From Nocardioides sp. (lineage in GTDB: Bacteria > Actinomycetota > Actinomycetes > Propionibacteriales > Nocardioidaceae), in the NCBI GenBank assembly GCA_025966445.1, contig JAICRP010000001.1, positions 1 through 41,169 on the forward strand: DNA of 41,169 nt, in the 5' to 3' direction. Positions within the stretch are counted from its first letter, which is position 1; the number at the start of each line of letters is the position of its first letter. The notes beneath the pieces were generated by a model. That model was not told the DNA's origin. It saw nothing but the letters and a program-made list of their open reading frames with translations, and ran no database searches. This document shows positions 35,015-41,169 of the stretch, in pieces. The position numbers and the translations under genes were made by a program.

Positions 35015-36448
35015 ATGAGCAATCCACCTCGGACGATCGGCGGCCGCTACGCCCTGCGCCGCCAGATCGGTCAGGGCGGCATGGGGGCGGTCTGGTTGGC
35101 CGACGACCAGGTGCTCGGCCGTGAGGTGGCCGTCAAGCGGGTGGGCCAGTTCCACGACGGCTCCTCGCCGGACCTGATGCGGGCCCAGCGCGAGGCCAAG
35201 CTGGCCGCCAAGCTCAACCACCCGCACGTGGTGGCCGTCTTCGACTTCGTCAGCGAGCAGGACGAGCAGTGGCTCGTGATGGAGCACGTCGACGGAGCCG
35301 ATCTCGCCGTGCTGGCGGAGCACGCCGACGGACTGTTGCCCGACGAGGCGGCGGCGCTGCTGGCCCAGGTCGCCGAGGCCCTTGCGGCCGCGCACGCGGC
35401 GGGGATCGTGCACCGGGACGTCAAGCCGTCCAACGTTCTCGTGACCCACGACGGCACCGCGAAGCTGGCGGACTTCGGCATCGCCCGGGCGCGGGACTCG
35501 ACGATGACCGCGTCCGGTCGCGTCTCGGGCTCGCCGGCGTACCTCGCCCCCGAGGTGGCGTCCGGCCATCCGGCCACCGAGGCCAGCGACGTGTGGTCGC
35601 TCGGCGCGACGCTGTACCAGGCCCTCACCGGCCGGCCGCCGTACGACACCTCCGACAGCGTCCTGTCGGCCATGTACCGCATCGTGCACGAGGCGCCCCC
35701 GCGACTCCCCGGCGCTGACTGGCCGGCGGACCTGCTGGCGAACACCATGGCCACCGATCCCGCGGAGCGGTGGCCGATGGGCCGCGTGCGCGACTACCTG
35801 CTCGCGGGGCCGCCCGCCGCCGACGAGCAGGCCTCGCCGACGCTGGCGCTCGCGTCCGTCCCCGCAGAGCGGCGATCGTGGCTGCTGCCAGTCCTGCTGA
35901 GCGTGGCCGTTCTCGTCGCCGGGGTGGGCCTGGGGTGGCTGATGCTCCGGCCCGACTCGACGCCCGAGGCCCAGAAGCCGACCGGCGCGAGCTCGTCGAA
36001 GCCGACGAAGTCCCCGACACGTACGCCCTCGCCGACGGCGTCGGCGTCCGAGCCACCCCCGACCTCGACCCCACCGACCGAGTCGCCCACGTCGCCCACC
36101 AGCTCCGTGACCGAGGAGCCGCCGACAGGGGGTGGCGGCGCAGCCGCCATGCGGACCTTCGTGCAGCAGTACGTCGACACGGCCCTCGCCGACCCGGGGG
36201 CGGCATGGGACCAGCTGAGCCCGCGGTTCCAGCAGGACTGCTGTGCGGGCGACGAGGGCAGCTACACGGGGTACTGGAACACGATCGAGTCGGCGACCCT
36301 GCGGGACGTCAAGGCGAACCCCCGGTCGATGGAGGTCAGCTACACGATCACGTGGGACCCCGAGGGCGAGCGCGGTCCCGAGGACGAGGACGTCACCCTG
36401 GGCCTGGTGGAGAACGGCGACGGCTACCTGATCGAGTACGAGCTCTGA
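35015..36448 (+). CDS. Hanks-type Ser/Thr protein kinase with TM and extracellular domain
   Basis: IGQGGMGAV, VAVK, HRDVKPSN, DFG, GSPAYLAPE, DVWSLG; TM; P/T/S linker. Confidence 0.95.
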   Translation: MSNPPRTIGGRYALRRQIGQGGMGAVWLADDQVLGREVAVKRVGQFHDGSSPDLMRAQREAKLAAKLNHPHVVAVFDFVSEQDEQWLVMEHVDGADLAVLAEHADGLLPDEAAALLAQVAEALAAAHAAGIVHRDVKPSNVLVTHDGTAKLADFGIARARDSTMTASGRVSGSPAYLAPEVASGHPATEASDVWSLGATLYQALTGRPPYDTSDSVLSAMYRIVHEAPPRLPGADWPADLLANTMATDPAERWPMGRVRDYLLAGPPAADEQASPTLALASVPAERRSWLLPVLLSVAVLVAGVGLGWLMLRPDSTPEAQKPTGASSSKPTKSPTRTPSPTASASEPPPTSTPPTESPTSPTSSVTEEPPTGGGGAAAMRTFVQQYVDTALADPGAAWDQLSPRFQQDCCAGDEGSYTGYWNTIESATLRDVKANPRSMEVSYTITWDPEGERGPEDEDVTLGLVENGDGYLIEYEL

Positions 36449-36452
36449 CCGG

Positions 36453-37613
36453 TCACCGCACCTCGAACTTCAGGCCGCCGGCCTGGACCCGGGCCAGCAG
36501 GTTGCCGCCCATCGCCTGGGCGGTGGTCACCTGCCCGGCCACCTCGGGGTTGTCGTCGAAGGCCAGGCACAGGCCGGACTCGGCCAGCATCATCGCGGTC
36601 TCGGTGTAGCCAGGATCGCCGCCGGAGACACGGGTGTGCACGGTCTCCCCGCCGGCCTCACCGACGAAGTCGACGCTGAACCACGAACGCTCGCGGCGTT
36701 CGGGGTCGGGGCCGTCGCCGGCCGGGTACCACTTCATCAGCAGGTCTCGGGTGAGCTTGAGCTGGGCGGCCAGCCCCAGCCCGGCCATGACGACGGCGCC
36801 GCCGACCGCGTACGGCAGCGTCTTCGTGCCGGCGTAGTGGGAGTAGCGGAACTTCGGTCCGTACGACGGCAGGGCCGCGCCGCTGCGAGCGACGATCGCC
36901 GGGTCCATGGTGGGTAGCGGCAGCAGCCAGTAGCCGAGGACCTCGTCGCGGTGCGGCTTGCCGGCCACGGCGCGAGAGGAACGCCCTTCGGGTCGCGGCT
37001 CGACGCGCTTGCGGGCCTGCGCGGCCTCGCGGATGTGCCGGACCCGCGACATCCCGGTCAGAGTCGTCTCGAACGTGCCACCCGACGGCAGTCCGCCGGC
37101 GCGGACGACGCCGCGCATGTCGATCGGCACGTCGGCGGGCAGGTGCTCCACGGTGAACATCGCGCCGAGGTCGTGCGGGATGGAGTCGAAGCCGCAGCCG
37201 TGCACCAGGCGGGCGCCGCTGGCGACGGCGGTCTGGTGGTGGGCGACGTACATCCGGTCGACGAACTCGCCCTCGCCGGTGATGTCGCAGTAGTCGGTGC
37301 CGGCGTCGGCGCACGCGCCGACCAGGGCCTCGCCGCGGCCGACGTACGGACCCACGGTCGAGAGCACCACCTGGGTACGGGCCGCCAGGTCGGCCAGGGC
37401 CACCGGGTCGCCCGAGTCGGCGACGATCAGCTCGACTCCGGCGCCGGCCTCGCCGAGCGCGTCGCGCACCTGCTCGAGCTTGGCCAGGTTGCGGCCGGCC
37501 AGACCCCATCGGAGGCCGTCGGGGCCCTGGCGGGCGAGGTACTCGGCGGTGAGCCCGCCGGTGAATCCCGTCGCCCCGAAGAGGACGACGTCGAGCTCGC
37601 GGCTGTGGGGCAT
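36453..37613 (-). CDS. Saccharopine dehydrogenase-like oxidoreductase (trans-acting enoyl reductase family)
   Basis: FGATGFTG, LAGRN, TVGPY, DITGE, CGFDSIPHDLG, SGGT, DPGYTETA. Confidence 0.92.
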   Translation of the reverse strand: MPHSRELDVVLFGATGFTGGLTAEYLARQGPDGLRWGLAGRNLAKLEQVRDALGEAGAGVELIVADSGDPVALADLAARTQVVLSTVGPYVGRGEALVGACADAGTDYCDITGEGEFVDRMYVAHHQTAVASGARLVHGCGFDSIPHDLGAMFTVEHLPADVPIDMRGVVRAGGLPSGGTFETTLTGMSRVRHIREAAQARKRVEPRPEGRSSRAVAGKPHRDEVLGYWLLPLPTMDPAIVARSGAALPSYGPKFRYSHYAGTKTLPYAVGGAVVMAGLGLAAQLKLTRDLLMKWYPAGDGPDPERRERSWFSVDFVGEAGGETVHTRVSGGDPGYTETAMMLAESGLCLAFDDNPEVAGQVTTAQAMGGNLLARVQAGGLKFEVR

Positions 37614-37667
37614 GGCTCATCGTCGCAGTCCGAGGAACCAGTCGCGCCACTGGTCCGTCGTACCCCC

Positions 37668-39542
37668 GTGCACCAGCTCGCCCGTTCCGGACTCGCCGTC
37701 GCCGCCGTCGGCGCGCTCGGCGCCGCCTTCGCGGCGGGCGTCTCGTTCGGCTCGGCCGGCCCGACTGCCAGCGACGATCGTCGGCCGCCCGTCGACGGCA
37801 GCGAGCTCCGGCTGGTCAACGCGGACCTCCGGCCGGCGGCGTCTTGCGACGACCTGCTGCGGTGGTACGTCGACCACGGCGTCGAGCGTGTGACGCCGTA
37901 CGGCTGGGACTACCTGCGCGTCTACACGATGGCCGACACCGCGGGCTCGCCCGAGGGGCCGCAGCCCGCCGAGGCGACGTCCAGCGACACCGGCACCAAC
38001 GTCCAGGAGGCCGGCGTCGACGAGCCGGACGTGGTCAAGTCCGACGGCACGCTGATGGTGCGGGTCGTCGACGACAGCACCCTGGTCGTCTACGACGTCT
38101 CCGGCTCCCAGCCGACCCGGCTCGGGTCGCTGCCGCTGGGCACGATGTTGTCTCCGGAGCTGCTGCTCGTCGGCGACCGGGTCGTGGTGGTCGGTCAGGA
38201 ACCCGGCGCCGCCAAGGGTCGAATCGCCCCGGGGACCCGGGTGCTCGTCGTGGACGTGGCCGACCCGAACGCGCCCTCGGTCGTGCGCGAGTCGGCGTAC
38301 GACTCGGGTCTCGTGACCGCCCGCCAGCACGGCGACGTCGTCCGGCTCGTGGTCTCGACCGGGCTGCCGGACCTGGACTTCGTGCAGCCCGGGTTCTTCG
38401 GCCGGGAGGGCACGGCCCTCGAGAAGAACCAGGACATCGTGCGAGCCAGCTCGATCGACGACTGGCTGCCACACGTCACGACTGTCGGGCCCGACGGAGC
38501 CGCCCGTGAACAGCTGCTCGGGTGCGACGACGTCGCCATCCCGGCCTCCGACGCGGGTCTCGGTACGGTCGCGGTGGTCGGTTTCGACGTGCATGACCCC
38601 GCGACCACCGACACGACGGCGGTGACCACGCCGAGCGAGACGGTGTACGTGTCGGACGAGCACCTCTACCTGGCCAGCTCGGCGTACCGCTCCGGCTGGC
38701 AGGTCTGCTGCTGGGACGTGCCCCAGCCCGAGCCGCAGGTGGTCGCCGACGACGGCACGACGTACCTCTACGGCTTCGACCTCGCCGGCACCGAGACGAC
38801 CTACAGCGCGTCTGGTCAGGTCGACGGATCGATCGCCGACCGCTGGTCGATGGACGAGCACGACGGTGTGCTGCGCATCGCGGTCGGGCCGACGATGCGA
38901 ACCGGGGGCTTCAGCTCGATCGTGACGCTCTCGCAGGAGGGCAGCCACCTGGTCGAGGTCGGGCGCGTCGACCGGCTCGGCGTCGGCGAGGAGATCAAGT
39001 CGGTGCGGTGGTTCGACGACCTCGCGGTGGTCGTGACGTTCCGGCAGACCGACCCGTTCTACGCGATCGACCTGAGCGACCCGTTCGACCCGGAGCTGTT
39101 GGGCGAGCTGAAGGTCCCAGGCTTCTCCTCCTACCTGCACCCGATCGACGGCGACCTGATGATCGGGATGGGCTCGGCGGCCGACCCGACGACGGGAGTC
39201 ACGTCGGGGGCGAAGGCGTCGCTGTACGACGTCAGCGACCTGACGGCACCGCGCGAGGTCGACACCGTGTCCTACCCCGCCGGCTCGACCGCGCTGGCCG
39301 GCCTCGACCCGCGGCAGTTCACCTGGCTGCCCGACCACCGCACCGCCCTGACCGTGATCTCCCAGGGGTTCGAGGGCATCACGGGCTACGTCTCCGTCCT
39401 GCGGGTCGGCGACGAGGGTGTGACCAACGAGCTGGTCGAGGTCGACTACGGCGTGGAGGTCGCCGACGTCCGCATCGTGCCGCTGCCCGACGGTCGGGTG
39501 GTGCTGGTGACCGGCGATGCCGTGGCCTTCTTCGACCTCTGA
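37668..39542 (+). CDS. Secreted beta-propeller domain protein (start approximate)
   Basis: Signal/TM, TNVQEAGVDEPDVVKSDG, WSMDEHDG, EEIKSVRWF, VTFRQTDP, GELKVPGFSSYLHP. Confidence 0.88.
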   Translation: MHQLARSGLAVAAVGALGAAFAAGVSFGSAGPTASDDRRPPVDGSELRLVNADLRPAASCDDLLRWYVDHGVERVTPYGWDYLRVYTMADTAGSPEGPQPAEATSSDTGTNVQEAGVDEPDVVKSDGTLMVRVVDDSTLVVYDVSGSQPTRLGSLPLGTMLSPELLLVGDRVVVVGQEPGAAKGRIAPGTRVLVVDVADPNAPSVVRESAYDSGLVTARQHGDVVRLVVSTGLPDLDFVQPGFFGREGTALEKNQDIVRASSIDDWLPHVTTVGPDGAAREQLLGCDDVAIPASDAGLGTVAVVGFDVHDPATTDTTAVTTPSETVYVSDEHLYLASSAYRSGWQVCCWDVPQPEPQVVADDGTTYLYGFDLAGTETTYSASGQVDGSIADRWSMDEHDGVLRIAVGPTMRTGGFSSIVTLSQEGSHLVEVGRVDRLGVGEEIKSVRWFDDLAVVVTFRQTDPFYAIDLSDPFDPELLGELKVPGFSSYLHPIDGDLMIGMGSAADPTTGVTSGAKASLYDVSDLTAPREVDTVSYPAGSTALAGLDPRQFTWLPDHRTALTVISQGFEGITGYVSVLRVGDEGVTNELVEVDYGVEVADVRIVPLPDGRVVLVTGDAVAFFDL

Positions 39543-39556
39543 TTTACCCTCGGAGC

Positions 39557-39826
39557 ATGTGCCGCAACATCCGCCCGCTGAACAACTTCGAGCCGCCGGC
39601 GACGAACGACGAGGTCCACGCGGCCGCGCTGCAGTTCGTGCGCAAGGTCAGCGGCACGACGAAGCCGTCGCAGGTGAACCAGGAGGCGTTCGACCGCGCC
39701 GTGCACGAGATCGCGCACATCACCCGGCACCTGCTCGAGGACCTCGTCACCGCCGCGCCGCCGAAGAACCGCGAGGTCGAGGCCGAGAAGGCCCGCGCCC
39801 GGGCGCGGCTGCGGTACGCCACGTGA
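39557..39826 (+). CDS. DUF2277 family protein
   Basis: MCRNIRPLNNFEPPAT..AAALQFVRKVSG. Confidence 0.9.
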   Translation: MCRNIRPLNNFEPPATNDEVHAAALQFVRKVSGTTKPSQVNQEAFDRAVHEIAHITRHLLEDLVTAAPPKNREVEAEKARARARLRYAT

Positions 39827-40635
39827 CGGTCCTCGACGCCACGACGTACGACGCCGCCCTGGGCCTGCTCAGCGGTCGGCCGCTCGTCGTGCTCACCGGC
39901 GCGGGGCTGTCGACCGACTCCGGCATCCCGGACTACCGCGGGCCGGGGTCGCCGTCGCGGATGCCGATGACGTACCAGGAGTTCGTGTCCGGGTACGACG
40001 CCCAGCAGCGCTACTGGGCACGCAGCCACCTCGGCTGGTCGCGGATGCGCGGGGCGACGCCCAACGCGGGGCACGTCGCGCTCGCGCGCCTCGACCCCAC
40101 GCTCCTGATCACCCAGAACGTCGACGGGCTGCACGAGCAGGCCGGCTCCCGGTCCCTCGTCGCCCTGCACGGCCGGATCGCGGACGTGGTCTGCCTGTCG
40201 TGCCGGTCGGTCACCCCGCGCGCGGCCCTCCAGACGCGGATGGCCGAGCTCAACCCGGACTGGGTGTCGCGCCATGCGTCCGCCGCCACCCGACCCGACG
40301 GTGACGTCGACCTGGACGACACTGCCGGATTCGTGGTGCCCGATTGCGCGTGCGGCGGCGTGCTCAAGCCGGACGTGGTGTTCTTCGGCGAGAACGTGCC
40401 GGCGCCCCGGGTGGCGCGCTGCTACGACGCCGTCGACGCCCTCGGCTCTTCCGGCGCCCTGCTCTGCGTCGGCACGTCGCTGACGGTGATGAGCGGCTTC
40501 CGGTTCGTGCGCCGGGCGGCCAAGGCGGGTACCCCGGTCGTGATCGTCAACCGGGGAGGTACCAGGGGCGACGAGCTGGCGACGTACAAGGTCGAGGCCG
40601 GTTGTTCGGAGTTCCTCGGCGACCTGGTGGCGTGA
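39823..40635 (+). CDS. cobB: Sir2/CobB NAD-dependent deacylase, class II (SIRT4-like)
   Basis: TGAGLSTDSGIPDYRG, RYWARS, TQNVDGLH, LHG, RPDGD, LKPDVVFFGE, GTSL. Confidence 0.93.
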   Translation: MTVLDATTYDAALGLLSGRPLVVLTGAGLSTDSGIPDYRGPGSPSRMPMTYQEFVSGYDAQQRYWARSHLGWSRMRGATPNAGHVALARLDPTLLITQNVDGLHEQAGSRSLVALHGRIADVVCLSCRSVTPRAALQTRMAELNPDWVSRHASAATRPDGDVDLDDTAGFVVPDCACGGVLKPDVVFFGENVPAPRVARCYDAVDALGSSGALLCVGTSLTVMSGFRFVRRAAKAGTPVVIVNRGGTRGDELATYKVEAGCSEFLGDLVA

Positions 40636-40657
40636 CCGGTCAGGCTGTTCTGGCACT

Positions 40658-40709
40658 TGTCAGGTGTTGCAACGCCTGACATCTGCAGGAATACCCGGAT
40701 ATCCGGGTA
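40658..40709. repeat. Two loopless palindromes (24 bp and 18 bp) between convergent genes
   Basis: TGTCAGGTGTTG|CAACGCCTGACA (one mismatch) and TACCCGGAT|ATCCGGGTA (perfect). Confidence 0.75.
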
Positions 40710-40727
40710 CTCATCCAGGAAGCTCGC

Positions 40728-41169
40728 CTACTGCTTGCCGACGAAGATGTGGGCGGCGGCTTCCAGGTCGATCTCGGCGGCCTCACCGCCGGACCCGACG
40801 AGCACGCCGTCCTGGGTGCCCGAGACGCCGACGATCTTGTCCGGCAGGGCGCCGATGCGGCGCAGCGTGGACATCAGGACCTCGTCCTTCTGCAGCTCCT
40901 CGGAGATGCGGCGGACCCGCACGGACGCCTGGTCGCCGACCTTGGTCGTGACCTCGGCCAGCGACACCATGCCGTCCATGAACTCGTCGGCCTGGCCGCT
41001 CTCGCCGAGCTCGTCGAGGCCGGGGATCGGGTTGCCGTACGGCGACTCGGTCGGGTGGTCGAGCAGCTCGACGAGGCGGCGCTCGACGGTCTCGGACATC
41101 ACGTGCTCCCAGCGGCACGCCTCGGCGTGGACCAGCTCCCAGTCGAGCCCGATCACGTCGGTCAGCAGC
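40728..41169 (-). CDS. ideR: Iron-dependent repressor IdeR/DtxR, 3' part; start off the right edge
   Basis: [35 protein letters not shown] plus FeoA-like tail. Confidence 0.92.
   Translation of the reverse strand, partial: LLTDVIGLDWELVHAEACRWEHVMSETVERRLVELLDHPTESPYGNPIPGLDELGESGQADEFMDGMVSLAEVTTKVGDQASVRVRRISEELQKDEVLMSTLRRIGALPDKIVGVSGTQDGVLVGSGGEAAEIDLEAAAHIFVGKQ

Noticed and set aside
39823-40635. Sirtuin as an anti-phage SIR2 effector
   Set aside because: Compact housekeeping class II deacylase with a Zn module and no defence partners nearby.

Overview
High-GC actinobacterial chromosome, probably Nocardioides-like (inferred from gene content and order). Positions 1-19.3 kb form an accessory carbohydrate-catabolism island at the 3' end of tRNA-Ala(CGC). 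It holds a sugar ABC importer with an aldehyde dehydrogenase and an iron-containing alcohol dehydrogenase, a divergent GntR regulator, a DJ-1/PfpI protein and an alpha/beta hydrolase. It also holds a CopC, a 2100-aa secreted ThuA-GSDH-PKD-CBM-ConA-repeat protein, two ROK proteins and decayed gene remnants. The strongest unexplained signal is a recurring 15-bp palindrome (TCCGATC-N-GATCGGA consensus). It sits at the same position downstream of sigma70-type promoters at 5.7, 6.6 and 18.8 kb, with a perfect copy at 17.06 kb, suggesting the whole island is one regulon for an unknown substrate. Positions 19.5-31.5 kb are the conserved actinobacterial sepX-rimJ-moaB-moaC-moeA-UGPase-5FCL-penicillin acylase-fmdB-SAF-mscL-LCP block, with a eukaryote-type UGPase in the usual galU slot and a CIRCE before fmdB. 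Positions 31.5-41.2 kb hold tRNA-Arg(CCT), a two-component module, a Ser/Thr kinase, a saccharopine dehydrogenase-like protein, a beta-propeller protein, DUF2277, a sirtuin and a partial IdeR/DtxR gene. All family calls come from motif recognition by eye; no searches were run.
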